From Thermomicrobiales bacterium (GTDB lineage Bacteria; Chloroflexota; Chloroflexia; Thermomicrobiales; CFX8), in contig JBDHWD010000004.1 in the NCBI GenBank assembly GCA_039810005.1, positions 785 through 64,784 on the forward strand: DNA of 64,000 bases, written 5' to 3'. Shown one piece after another: positions 27,114-36,910 of this stretch (position 1 is the stretch's first letter; each line of letters begins with the position of its first letter). A model generated the notes under the pieces. The model worked only from the letters and a program-made list of their open reading frames with translations. It did no database searches and had not been told where the DNA came from. Both the position numbers and the translations under genes were made by a program.

Positions 27114-28874
27114 ATGTCTGATCTGCTCAAAACGTCTCTGTACCAGCGGCTGTCGCGGCGTCTGTTTCTGGGAGGGGTTGCGGCTTCAGCCGTCGGACTG
27201 CTCGTCGCCTGCGGCGGCGATGACGATGAAGAGGCGACTTCGACGCCATCGTCATCCGGCGAGGCGACCTCATCAACCGGTGGTGGCGCAGCGACTGAGC
27301 CAGCCGGTTCGCCAGAGGCGGCCGGTACGACCGAGACGGCCGGATCGCCAGAGGCCGGCGGCACACCGACGCAGGGCGGCAGCATTCTGATCGGCACGCT
27401 CGGCGAAGCAAATACGATCAACCCAATCGCTGCCAGCCAGTCGGAGGATTATTTCCGGTGCAGCCTGATCTACGAGCAGCTCGTGCGGCTCGATCCTGCG
27501 ACCTACGAGCCGAAGCCGAGCCTGGCTGCCTCGTGGGAAGTGAACGACCTGACCTACACGTTCACGCTGCACGACAACATCAAGTTCTCCGATGGCTCAG
27601 ACCTCACAGCTGACGACATCGCCTTCACGTTGCAGGCGATGCTCGATACGGCCAACGCCAGCCCGCGGCAGTCGCGCCTGTTCTCGATCGAGGGCGCGCA
27701 GGAGTTCGCTGATGGTTCGGCCACCGAAGTCTCCGGTATCAAGGTGGTTGATCCAACCACGCTGGAAGTGACACTGGCAGAGCCGGACGCTTCAATCCTG
27801 TTCAACTTCTATTACGTCCGGCCACTGCCGAAGGCACTGCTGGAAGGCAAAGACCTGTCGAAGGCCTCGACCGATCCGTTCTTCCAGAACCCGGTCGGAG
27901 CGGGACCGTTCAAGTTCGTCTCCTGGGCGGTCGGCAGCGACTTTGTCGGCGAGCGCAACGAGCACTACTATCAGGAGGGCAAGCCCTACCTGGACAAGTT
28001 CACGCACCGCACGATCACCGACTCGCAGGCGCTGGTGAACTCGCTGCTCTCCGGCGATATCGATGGCTCGGTCTATCCGAGCCCGTCTGGTGCTGATCAG
28101 CTCAAGGCAAATGAGGATCTTGAAGTGCTGGTGCCGCCGTTCGGCTCGCCGGACGGCTGGATCTTCAACTTCCAGAACGAGTATCTGGCCAAGAAGGAAG
28201 TCCGCCAGGCAATCGCCTACGCGCTCAACATGGACCAGTTCTCGCAGGACTCGCTCTATGGCCTTGGGGCACCCGGCACCGGTCCGGTCGCGCCCGGCAA
28301 CTTCGTGTACGACGAGTCGCTGGAGCCACATCCGTTCGATATGGATCAGGCGAAGACGCTGTTGGAGCAGGCGGGGCCGCCACCATCCGGTATCCGATTC
28401 ATGGTCAATCAGGGGAACGTTCTACGCGAGGACTTCCTGACCTACACCCAGGCGCAGCTATCCAAGCTGGGCTGGGAGATCGAGCCGGTCGTTATCGAGT
28501 ACGCGACGGCCGTCGACCAGGTCATCAACCGCTCCTACGACGTTGCCGAGAGCCAGATGGTCGGTGCCGGTATCACGATCGATCCGGGCGACCTGGCTTC
28601 GTACTATCAGACTGACGGCTCGGCCAACTACTCGGGCTACAGCAACCCCGATCTGGACGCGCTCTTCGATCAGGCGCGGCAGGCGACGGACGTCGCCGAG
28701 CAGAAGGACCTCTACGCGCAGATTCAGCAGATTCTGGTTGAAGATATTCCGGCCACGTTCTCGTGGTATCGGCCGTATCTGCACGTCGTGAAGAAGAAGT
28801 TCAAGGGCTATGTGGACAGCAACCTGTCAAATGGCCTGTTCGCCGAGCTGGAGAACGTCTACATCGAGGAGTAG
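27114..28874 (+). CDS. Peptide ABC transporter substrate-binding lipoprotein with Tat signal
   Basis: SRRLFLGG twin-arginine motif plus lipobox LVAC; SBP5 motifs PSLAASW, FSDG, PVGAGPFKF, VRQAI. Confidence 0.93.
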   Translation: MSDLLKTSLYQRLSRRLFLGGVAASAVGLLVACGGDDDEEATSTPSSSGEATSSTGGGAATEPAGSPEAAGTTETAGSPEAGGTPTQGGSILIGTLGEANTINPIAASQSEDYFRCSLIYEQLVRLDPATYEPKPSLAASWEVNDLTYTFTLHDNIKFSDGSDLTADDIAFTLQAMLDTANASPRQSRLFSIEGAQEFADGSATEVSGIKVVDPTTLEVTLAEPDASILFNFYYVRPLPKALLEGKDLSKASTDPFFQNPVGAGPFKFVSWAVGSDFVGERNEHYYQEGKPYLDKFTHRTITDSQALVNSLLSGDIDGSVYPSPSGADQLKANEDLEVLVPPFGSPDGWIFNFQNEYLAKKEVRQAIAYALNMDQFSQDSLYGLGAPGTGPVAPGNFVYDESLEPHPFDMDQAKTLLEQAGPPPSGIRFMVNQGNVLREDFLTYTQAQLSKLGWEIEPVVIEYATAVDQVINRSYDVAESQMVGAGITIDPGDLASYYQTDGSANYSGYSNPDLDALFDQARQATDVAEQKDLYAQIQQILVEDIPATFSWYRPYLHVVKKKFKGYVDSNLSNGLFAELENVYIEE

Positions 28875-28891
28875 CCTGGCTAACTCCTGGT

Positions 28892-28951
28892 GCCGATCGC
28901 GGGCGTCGCAGCATTGCCCGCGATCGGCGACGGCGGGCACGGTGTCCGCCG
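28892..28951 (+). promoter_or_regulatory. Tandem intercistronic stem-loops after the SBP gene
   Basis: GCCGATCGCGGGC-11nt-GCCCGCGATCGGC perfect 13-bp stem (28892-28928), then CGGCGGGCA-cgg-TGTCCGCCG. Confidence 0.6.
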
Positions 28952-28991
28952 GGACTTGCTTTTGCAGACGTGCAGAGAGAGGTGATCGCCA

Positions 28992-29957
28992 ATGTCGAGC
29001 GGAGTCCTGCGCTACGCAATCCGCCGCATTTTCGGGGCGATCCCTCTCCTGCTCGGCCTGAGCCTGATCATGTTCGGCCTTGTCCACATCGCGCCGGGGG
29101 ATCCAATTCAGTCGATGATCTCACCGGACAACACTGACCCGGCATTCATCGAGCAAGCGCGCAAGAATTACGGGCTGGACAAGCCGCTGCCGATTCAATA
29201 CGCGATCTATATCGGCAAGCTCGTGCGCGGCGACTTCGGGCGCGCCATTACGTTCAATGGCAAGCCGGTCCTGGAGCTGATCAAGGAGCGTGCGGGCGCA
29301 ACGATCATCCTGCAGATCGTCTCGCTGGCCATCGCGCTGCTGATCGCTATACCGCTCGGTGTGCTGTCGGCGACGAAGCAATACAGCCTGCTCGACAACA
29401 CAACGACCGTTGGCGCATTCATCGGATTGGCGTTGCCAAACTTCTGGATCGCACTGCTGCTGCAGTTCTATCTGAGCGTGAAGCTGGGCTGGCTGCCGGC
29501 GATCAGTACGGACGTCAACAACGCCGCGCTGCTGGGCAAGGTCAAGTATTCGGTCATGCCGGTGGCGGTGCTGGCGTTTCCTTCGATCGCCTACTTCGCG
29601 CGCTTCATGCGCTCGGCGATGCTGGAAGTCATCAACCAGGACTACATGACGATGGCGCGCGCCAAGGGGCTGACCGATCGCAAGGTGCTGTATCGCCACG
29701 GATTCCGCAACGCGCTGATCCCGATGATCACCGTCACCGGCTTGCAGGTGTCACGCATTCTGGGCGGCTCGGTCATCATCGAGAAGATCTTCGCCTGGCC
29801 GGGGCTGGGATCGCTGGCCTATGACGCGATCACCCAGCGCGACTATCCGGTGATCCTCGGCGTCACGATTATCGCCGGGGCGTTCGTCATCATGGTCAAC
29901 CTCATCGTCGACCTGCTCTATGTCGTCGTCGATCCGCGCGTGTCGCTGACACGGTAG
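28992..29957 (+). CDS. Peptide ABC transporter permease (DppB/OppB)
   Basis: PGDP, YGLDKP, GDFG, DYMTMARAKGL, IFAWPGLG, RDYPVI, DPR. Confidence 0.95.
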   Translation: MSSGVLRYAIRRIFGAIPLLLGLSLIMFGLVHIAPGDPIQSMISPDNTDPAFIEQARKNYGLDKPLPIQYAIYIGKLVRGDFGRAITFNGKPVLELIKERAGATIILQIVSLAIALLIAIPLGVLSATKQYSLLDNTTTVGAFIGLALPNFWIALLLQFYLSVKLGWLPAISTDVNNAALLGKVKYSVMPVAVLAFPSIAYFARFMRSAMLEVINQDYMTMARAKGLTDRKVLYRHGFRNALIPMITVTGLQVSRILGGSVIIEKIFAWPGLGSLAYDAITQRDYPVILGVTIIAGAFVIMVNLIVDLLYVVVDPRVSLTR

Positions 29958-29974
29958 CCACGGACGGAGCGAAG

Positions 29975-30880
29975 GTGGCAGAGCTGCAATCCACAAGCGA
30001 CCTGCGGGAACAGGCCCAGGCTGAGCAGGAAGCTGGCAAGCGACAGCGACCGGTATTGCGTCGGTTCATGCAGAACAAGCTCGCGGTCGCGGGCATGGTT
30101 GTCATCGTCTTCATGTATGCGGTGGCGATCGCCGCACCGGTCATCCAGCGCTACGACTATCGTGAGATCACGCCGGGCGCGCGGAACCTCCCACCATCGT
30201 CCGAGCACTGGCTGGGGACGGATCGCAACGGACGCGACACCTACTCACGGTTGGTCTATGGCTCGCGTGTGTCGCTGGCCGTCGGCTTCGTCGCCGTCGC
30301 GATCGTGATGACGATCGGCACCTCGTTTGGCGCACTGGCTGGGTACTTCGGTGGCTGGGTCGATGGCACGCTGATGCGATTGACCGATGTGCTGCTGTCG
30401 ATACCGCAGATCCTGTTACTAATCGCGGCCGCGGCATTGTTTCGGCCCAGCCTGAAGACAACGGTGATCGTGATCGGCGTGACATCGTGGCCCGGCGCGG
30501 CCCGGCTGATCCGCGGACAGTTTCTGTCGCTGCGCGATCAGGAATACGTGACGGCAGCGCGGACGATCGGAGCACCGCCATTCCGCATCATCATGCGGCA
30601 CCTGATGCCGAACGCGATGGCGATCATCATCGTCGAGACGACGCTCTGGCTGTCGTACGCGATCCTGCTGGAGGCAAGCCTGTCGTACCTCGGGCTCGGC
30701 GTGCAGATTCCGACGCCGTCGTGGGGCAACATGCTGCAGGACGGCCAGCGCGAGCTGCTTGTCGGCGCGTGGTGGCTGACGTTCTTCCCCGGCCTGGCGA
30801 TCTTCATGACCGCGCTGGCCTTCAATCTCGTCGGCGATGGTCTGCGCGACGCATTCGACCCACGCCAGCGCCGCCGGTAA
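29975..30880 (+). CDS. Peptide ABC transporter permease (DppC/OppC)
   Basis: HWLGTDRNGRD, EYVTAARTIGA, LSYLGLG, PSWGNML, GDGLRDAFDPR. Confidence 0.95.
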   Translation: MAELQSTSDLREQAQAEQEAGKRQRPVLRRFMQNKLAVAGMVVIVFMYAVAIAAPVIQRYDYREITPGARNLPPSSEHWLGTDRNGRDTYSRLVYGSRVSLAVGFVAVAIVMTIGTSFGALAGYFGGWVDGTLMRLTDVLLSIPQILLLIAAAALFRPSLKTTVIVIGVTSWPGAARLIRGQFLSLRDQEYVTAARTIGAPPFRIIMRHLMPNAMAIIIVETTLWLSYAILLEASLSYLGLGVQIPTPSWGNMLQDGQRELLVGAWWLTFFPGLAIFMTALAFNLVGDGLRDAFDPRQRRR

Positions 30881-30902
30881 AGGCGGCCGGAGAGAGAAAT
30901 CG

Positions 30903-30931
30903 AGCGGGCCAACCAGTGAGGTTGGCCCGCT
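30903..30931. terminator. Hairpin between convergent genes (probable bidirectional terminator)
   Basis: AGCGGGCCAACC-agtga-GGTTGGCCCGCT, 12-bp perfect stem. Confidence 0.7.
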
Positions 30932-30957
30932 GGCGATTTCGAGGTTGAGCCGCCGTC

Positions 30958-33900
30958 CTAGCCGATAGCCGGGACGCCAGCGGCCGCAATCTTGTCGTTG
31001 AGATCCTTCGTCACCGCATCGACGACCTTCTGCAACGCAGCGAGGTTCTCGTCGGCCTGAGCCGCCAGGACATCAAATACCTCGTAGGTCTGCTGTGGCG
31101 GGTGCGAGTCGCCGTAGGCGACAGTGCCTTGTAGCGACGCGAGCTTCGAGTTGACCTTCGGCGGGTAGTTAAACGAGTCGGCTGCGCCCTTCGAGCGCGA
31201 TTCGACCAGCTCACCTTCGGCCGCCAGCAATTGCTCGCTCGCCTGCTTCAACGTCGGGATGAGGTCGTCCTTGCCGGCGTCGCGCAGGCGGACCGCCCAG
31301 GCGTCGATCTGCTCGCGCAGCTTGCGACTGGCCAGCACCGCCTCATGGACAGCGCCGAGCTTGTCGCGGATCTGCAGCAGCAGGTCGCGCTGCGCGATGA
31401 GATCGTCGTCGGTGGCGCTGACGCGCGGGTCACGCTTGACCTCAAACGGTTGGCGATACGTGTTGCCGCCGACCTCCAGTCGCGCTTCGTACTGACCGGG
31501 GGCAACGACCGGGCCAATCGTGCTGCCGCCCCAGTAGAGCGAGAGTGCTGCGCCCTCAATCTTGGTTGCGTCCGGGTAGCGCATGTTCCAGACGAAGCGG
31601 TGCAGGCCCGGCTCGCCGCGCAAGCGCATCTCGGCCGGTTGCTTCGACTGATCTTCGGCGAGCGCGAAGCGCTGGATCTGCTCGCCTTCGGCGGTCCAGA
31701 AGCTGAGCGAGATATCCTGAGCCGGCTTCTCACCAGAGAGAGCGTAGTGGACTGTTACGCCGAGGTCCGGATTCTCGCCGGCGTTGAGCAGCTCGAAGCG
31801 CGTACCGCCATCCTCGGCGGCGTGGACGATACCCATGACCTGGCTACCGCCGGTGTTGACGTAAGACTTGTAGCCGACGGTGCCCGAGCGACCCCATGAG
31901 TTGACAGGTTTGATCCGGTACGTGGTTGCGATGGGGAACAGCGTGGCTGGCGCATCGCCATCGGCGGCCCGCCACTCGCGGACCGGCGCGAGATCATCGA
32001 GCAGCCAGAAGGAGCGCCCGTGCGTGCCGATGACGAGGCTGTTGTCGTGCACGATCAGGTCGTGGATCGGGACAACCGGCAGCGCGCGCCGACCATTTCC
32101 GCCAGCTCCGCCGGAGAGCTGCTGCCAACTGTCGCCAGCATCCCACGATACATACAGGCCAGTCTCGGTTCCGGCGTAGAGCAGTCCGGGCACCGCCGGA
32201 TCCTCACGGACGACGCGGGTGAAGTCATCATCCGGGATGCCGCTGGTGACCATCTGCCAGGTCGCACCATAATCGGTCGTGCGCAGCAGATAGGGACGGA
32301 AATCGTCCAGCTTGTAACGGGTGGCGGCGACCCAGGCAGTGGCTGGGTCGTGCGGGGAGGCGTCGATGATACTGATCAGCGCCCAGTCGGGCAGCTCGCT
32401 CGGGGTAACGTCGGTCCAGCTTTCACCGCCGTCGCGAGAGACGTTGATCCGGCCGTCGTCCGAGCCGGCCCACAGGATACCGGGCTGCACGGGGGACTCG
32501 GCGAAGGCGAAGATCGTTCCGTAATACTCGGTACTGACGTTGTCCTTGGTGATCGGCCCGCCGGATGGGCCAAGCGTTTCAGGATCGCCGCGCGTCAGAT
32601 CGGGGCTGATCGGCGCGAACTGCTGGCCGCCGTTGGTTGAGCGAAAGACGTGGTTGCCGGTGACATAGAGGACATCGGGGTCGTGCGGCGAGAGGACGAT
32701 CGGGAAGGTCCACTGGAAGCGATACTTCATCGCCTCAGCACCGTAGCCGATTGGATCCTCGGGCCAGACAGTGATGTCCACCTCCTGGCGCGCGCCGTGG
32801 TCGTAGCGCGTCATCCGGGTGGCGTAACTGCCGGCAAAGATGATGTCGGGGTCATCGGGGCGCACAGCAATGTAGCCGGACTCGCCGCCGCCGACGGGCC
32901 AGGTGTCGTCTTCAGTGATTGCACCGCGGTCGGAGTAGCTTGGGATCGTGATCGTCGTGTTGTCCTGCTGCGCACCATAGATGCGAAAGGGGAACTGGGT
33001 ATCAGTGGTGACGTGATAGAGCTGAGCAGTCGGCTGATTGTAGATACTCGACCAGGTCACGCCGCCGTCAAATGAGACGCAGGCACCGCCATCGTTAGCC
33101 TCGATCATCCGCTTTGTATTGGCCGGGTCGATCCAGAGATCGTGGTTGTCGCCGTGCGGCGTCGGTATCTGGATAAAGCTGGTGCCGGCGTCGGTTGACT
33201 TCCACATGCCGAGGTTCAGGACGTAGACCGTATCGGGATCGACCGGGTCAGCAAAGATGTGCATGTAGTACCAGGGGCGCTGGCGCAACTCCGGGTTGTC
33301 GCTGACGCGAGTCCAGGTGTCACCGCCGTTGTCGGAGCGGAAGAGACCACCCTCCTTCGCCTCGACGATGGCCCAGACGCGCTGCGGGCGAGCGGGGGAG
33401 ACAGTGACGCCGATGCGACCCTTGAGTCCCTGGGGAAGGCCGGGGTTGTCGGTCAGCTCGATCCATGTATCGCCGCCGTCGGTCGTCTTGAAGATGCCGC
33501 TGCCTGGTCCTCCCGAAACGAGTGACCACGGCGAGCGCTGAGCGTCCCACATCGCAGCGTAGAGCGTGCGCGGGTTCGTGGCATCCATCGAGAGGTCGCA
33601 CGCGCCGGTGCGCTCGTCACGGTACAGAACCTTTTCCCAGGTCGCGCCGCCGTCGAGCGTGCGGTAGACGCCGCGATCCTCGTGCGGACCGAAGGCGTGA
33701 CCGAACGCGGCGACGTAGACGTGATCGGGGTTGTTCGGGTGGACACGAACGCGCGCTATATGGCGGGTCGTCTCCAACCCCAGGTGTCGCCAGGATTCGC
33801 CGGCATCGTCAGAACGGTAGACGCCATCACCGTGGGAGACGTTGCCACGGATGCACGACTCGCCCATGCCGGCGTAGACGACATTTGGAGCGGATTCCGC

Positions 33901-34122
33901 GACGGCGACCGCGCCAACCGAGGCGGTCTTGAAGTAGCCATCGGACACGTTCAGCCACGAGGCACCGGCATCGTCGGTCTTCCAGATGCCACCGGAGCAG
34001 GCACCAAAGTAGTAGGTCATTGGCTGGCTGGTGTGCCCGGCGACAGCGACGCTGCGTCCTCCGCGGAACGGTCCCGCCTGCCGCCAATGCAAACCCGCAA
34101 CAAGATCATGAATGTTGGACAT
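30958..34122 (-). CDS. Vps10/sortilin-like BNR (Asp-box) repeat beta-propeller protein, putative glycosyl hydrolase
   Basis: WRQAGPFRGGR start; many S/TxDxGxS/TW Asp-boxes (KTDDAGASW, RSDDAGESW, RTLDGGATW, KTTDGGDTW, RSDNGGDTW); PHGDNH, GAQQDN, GTHGRSFW; GGGAGG SD before ATG 34122. Confidence 0.88.
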   Translation of the reverse strand: MSNIHDLVAGLHWRQAGPFRGGRSVAVAGHTSQPMTYYFGACSGGIWKTDDAGASWLNVSDGYFKTASVGAVAVAESAPNVVYAGMGESCIRGNVSHGDGVYRSDDAGESWRHLGLETTRHIARVRVHPNNPDHVYVAAFGHAFGPHEDRGVYRTLDGGATWEKVLYRDERTGACDLSMDATNPRTLYAAMWDAQRSPWSLVSGGPGSGIFKTTDGGDTWIELTDNPGLPQGLKGRIGVTVSPARPQRVWAIVEAKEGGLFRSDNGGDTWTRVSDNPELRQRPWYYMHIFADPVDPDTVYVLNLGMWKSTDAGTSFIQIPTPHGDNHDLWIDPANTKRMIEANDGGACVSFDGGVTWSSIYNQPTAQLYHVTTDTQFPFRIYGAQQDNTTITIPSYSDRGAITEDDTWPVGGGESGYIAVRPDDPDIIFAGSYATRMTRYDHGARQEVDITVWPEDPIGYGAEAMKYRFQWTFPIVLSPHDPDVLYVTGNHVFRSTNGGQQFAPISPDLTRGDPETLGPSGGPITKDNVSTEYYGTIFAFAESPVQPGILWAGSDDGRINVSRDGGESWTDVTPSELPDWALISIIDASPHDPATAWVAATRYKLDDFRPYLLRTTDYGATWQMVTSGIPDDDFTRVVREDPAVPGLLYAGTETGLYVSWDAGDSWQQLSGGAGGNGRRALPVVPIHDLIVHDNSLVIGTHGRSFWLLDDLAPVREWRAADGDAPATLFPIATTYRIKPVNSWGRSGTVGYKSYVNTGGSQVMGIVHAAEDGGTRFELLNAGENPDLGVTVHYALSGEKPAQDISLSFWTAEGEQIQRFALAEDQSKQPAEMRLRGEPGLHRFVWNMRYPDATKIEGAALSLYWGGSTIGPVVAPGQYEARLEVGGNTYRQPFEVKRDPRVSATDDDLIAQRDLLLQIRDKLGAVHEAVLASRKLREQIDAWAVRLRDAGKDDLIPTLKQASEQLLAAEGELVESRSKGAADSFNYPPKVNSKLASLQGTVAYGDSHPPQQTYEVFDVLAAQADENLAALQKVVDAVTKDLNDKIAAAGVPAIG

Positions 34123-34313
34123 CAGTGAAATCCTCCCATCGGTGCCACCCAGCCGGTTGAGGCGATGGTAGTCGTGAGTGCTACGCTGGTCAACCACGCC
34201 CACTCACATTCCACCGTGACTCAACCCTTGCTTGTGTCGTTGCACAATCAATGCTATTGTGGCAGCGCTCCGGCAAATCGCACTCATGCATCTAAAGACT
34301 GGGAGGTAGGGCG

Positions 34314-35969
34314 ATGCTCGATCGTAGTCGACTTAGCCGTCGATCTTTCATGCAACGCTCCGCCGCCGTGGCCGCCGGGGCGGCGATGGCGGGGTGGTCA
34401 GGTATTCACACGGGTAAGGTGGCGATGGCCGGGTCTCTCTGGAATCCGGTCTATGAAGACATCCAGGAAGCGACGATTGCCGACCTGCAGGCGCGGCTGA
34501 CGGATGGCTCACTCACTGCACAACAGTTGACCGGAATGTACCTGGCCCGAATTGCGCAACTGGATCAGGACGGCCCGCGGCTCAATTCAGTGATGATGAC
34601 CAATCCGGACGCACTCAACATCGCGATCAACCTCGATCGCGAGCGCGCCGAAGGAAACGTGCGCGGTCCGCTCCACGGCATCCCGATCCTGCTCAAGGAC
34701 AACATCGACACGGCCGACCAGATGCCGAACACGGGCGGGTCGATCGCGCTGGCCAACAACTTCCGCACCCAGGACGCGACGATCGCGGCGCGGCTGCGCG
34801 AGGCGGGGGCGATCGTGCTGGGCAAGACGAACCTCAGCGAGTGGGCGAACTTCCGCTCGACGCAGTCGTCCAGCGGCTGGAGCGGTGCCGGTCGCCAGAC
34901 GAAGAACCCGTACGTCCTGACGCACAACCCGTGCGGGTCGAGTTCCGGTTCGGGTGCGGCAGCATCGGCCAACTTCGCCGCCGCTGCCATCGGCACCGAG
35001 ACGGATGGCTCGATCGTCTGTCCGGCCAACGCCAATGGGCTAGTCGGCATCAAACCAACAGTCGGCCTGACCAGCCGCGCCGGCGTCATTCCGATCGCCC
35101 ATTCGCAGGACACCATCGGGCCGTTAGCACGAACGGTGGCGGACGCTGCAGCGGTTCTCAGCGCAATCGCCGGCCCAGATCCGCGTGATCCAATGACGGC
35201 CGCCAGTTCCGCGCAGGTGAAGCCTGACTATACGGAATTCCTCGATCCGGACGCGCTGGCCGGGGCGCGCATCGGCGTGCCGCGAACTGGCGGGATGTGG
35301 GGCTACAGTCCTGAGGCAGACGGAATCGTCGAGGCAGCCATTCAGGCGATGCGCGACATGGGTGCCACGATCGTCGATCCGGCCGACATCCCGACGGCGG
35401 ATCAGATGGCGAGCAGCAACGCCGAGTTCACGGTGCTGCTCTACGAGTTCAAGGCGGACCTCAACGACTATCTCGCGACGGTCGGGCCGGATGTGCCGGT
35501 GCGCTCGCTCGCCGATCTGATCGACTTCAACACCGCAAACTGGCAGGTCGAGATGCCCTACTTCGGGCAGGAGATCTTCGAGATGGCGGTCGATCTCGGC
35601 GGGCTGGACGACCCGGTCTACCTGGCTGCGCTGGCCGAAAGCCATTCACTCTCACGCGAGCAAGGGCTCGATGCCATCCTGGATCAGTACGACCTCGACG
35701 CGCTGGTCGCGCCGACCGGGAGTCCGGCCTGGCCGACTGACGTGATCAATGGCGACCACTTCCTCGGCGCGAGCTCCGGGCCGGCAGCGATGGCCGGATA
35801 TCCACTCGTCTCGGTGCCGGCCGGTGACTCGTTCGGGCTGCCCGTGAACGTTACGTTCATGGGGCGCGCATGGAGCGAGCCGACGCTGATTGCACTGGCC
35901 TACGCCTTCGAGCAAGGAACAATGCATCGACGCGCGCCGAGGATGCTGCCGTCGCTCGATCTGCCGTAG
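34314..35969 (+). CDS. Amidase-signature family amidase with Tat signal (peptide amidase-like)
   Basis: SRRSFMQ Tat motif; GPLHGIPILLKDN (Lys), GKTNLSEWANFRS, GSSSGS, GTETDGSIVCP. Confidence 0.93.
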   Translation: MLDRSRLSRRSFMQRSAAVAAGAAMAGWSGIHTGKVAMAGSLWNPVYEDIQEATIADLQARLTDGSLTAQQLTGMYLARIAQLDQDGPRLNSVMMTNPDALNIAINLDRERAEGNVRGPLHGIPILLKDNIDTADQMPNTGGSIALANNFRTQDATIAARLREAGAIVLGKTNLSEWANFRSTQSSSGWSGAGRQTKNPYVLTHNPCGSSSGSGAAASANFAAAAIGTETDGSIVCPANANGLVGIKPTVGLTSRAGVIPIAHSQDTIGPLARTVADAAAVLSAIAGPDPRDPMTAASSAQVKPDYTEFLDPDALAGARIGVPRTGGMWGYSPEADGIVEAAIQAMRDMGATIVDPADIPTADQMASSNAEFTVLLYEFKADLNDYLATVGPDVPVRSLADLIDFNTANWQVEMPYFGQEIFEMAVDLGGLDDPVYLAALAESHSLSREQGLDAILDQYDLDALVAPTGSPAWPTDVINGDHFLGASSGPAAMAGYPLVSVPAGDSFGLPVNVTFMGRAWSEPTLIALAYAFEQGTMHRRAPRMLPSLDLP

Positions 35970-35990
35970 CATTCGAGCCGCACCCAATCC

Positions 35991-36038
35991 GGGCGCTAGC
36001 GGACGCACCAGCCGGAGCAGCGTCCGCCTGCGCCCTAC
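35991..36038 (-). repeat. GTAG-headed REP-like long hairpin (or terminator)
   Basis: Minus strand reads GTAGGGCGC-AG-GCGGACGC-13nt-GCGTCCGC-TA-GCGCCC. Confidence 0.5.
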
Positions 36039-36073
36039 GTCTGCAATGCACCAAGAGAGCACGGACAAGACTG

Positions 36074-36910
36074 ATGCAATTCACGGTACAGACAGCCGCC
36101 GATCTGAGCATCGACGAGCTTGCCGAGGCGATGAACAGCGTCTATCAGGGCTACGTCATGCCCATTCAGGTCAATGGCGACTGGATGGCAACGCATGTCG
36201 AGGCGAACGACATCCGGCTCGACGCGTCGCCGGTCTGGCGCGAAGATGGCCGGATCGTCGGGATGGCGCTGGTAGGCGTGCGTGGCGAGCGATCGTGGAT
36301 CGGCGGCTTCGGCATCGCACCGGAGTGGCGCGGGAAGCGGCTTGCCGGACCGTTGCTGGACGCGACTCTCGCCGCGGCACTAGCAACCGGAGCAAGCACC
36401 ATCCAGCTTGAGGTCATCACGACGAACGCCGCAGCGATCTATGTCTACAAGCGCGGCGGCTTTGTCGTGACAAGGGAAGTTGGCGTCTATCAGCGCGACC
36501 CGCATCAGGCTGCGGTTGCGGATGAGCCATCGAGTGTGGTCGAGGCTGCCGATTCGAGTGTGGTGCTGTCCAACCGCGAACGGCTCGGTGGTAGTCCACT
36601 CGCCTGGCAGCGCGAGTCCAGCGTATCGGCAGCGACCACCGACATGGAGGCACTGACCAGCACGTCAGGTAACGAGTGCGGCTACATCGTCTGGAAATCC
36701 GGGCCTCGTGGCGTCCAGATTGTCGATATTGGCGGGACTGATGCTACAACGATCGGTGCTGTCATCGCTGCTGCCAGCGAACGCCACCCCGATCAGCCCA
36801 TGTCGTTGCTCAATGAAGCGATTGACGGGCCAACCACCCAGGCGCTGCACGCTGATGGATGGCGTGAGATCGTCCGTCAGCTTGAGATGGAGCGCCCACT
36901 ACTCGGCTGA
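36074..36910 (+). CDS. GNAT family N-acetyltransferase
   Basis: WIGGFGIAPEWRGKRLA (motif A), LEVITTNAAAIYVYKRGGF (motif B). Confidence 0.9.
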   Translation: MQFTVQTAADLSIDELAEAMNSVYQGYVMPIQVNGDWMATHVEANDIRLDASPVWREDGRIVGMALVGVRGERSWIGGFGIAPEWRGKRLAGPLLDATLAAALATGASTIQLEVITTNAAAIYVYKRGGFVVTREVGVYQRDPHQAAVADEPSSVVEAADSSVVLSNRERLGGSPLAWQRESSVSAATTDMEALTSTSGNECGYIVWKSGPRGVQIVDIGGTDATTIGAVIAAASERHPDQPMSLLNEAIDGPTTQALHADGWREIVRQLEMERPLLG

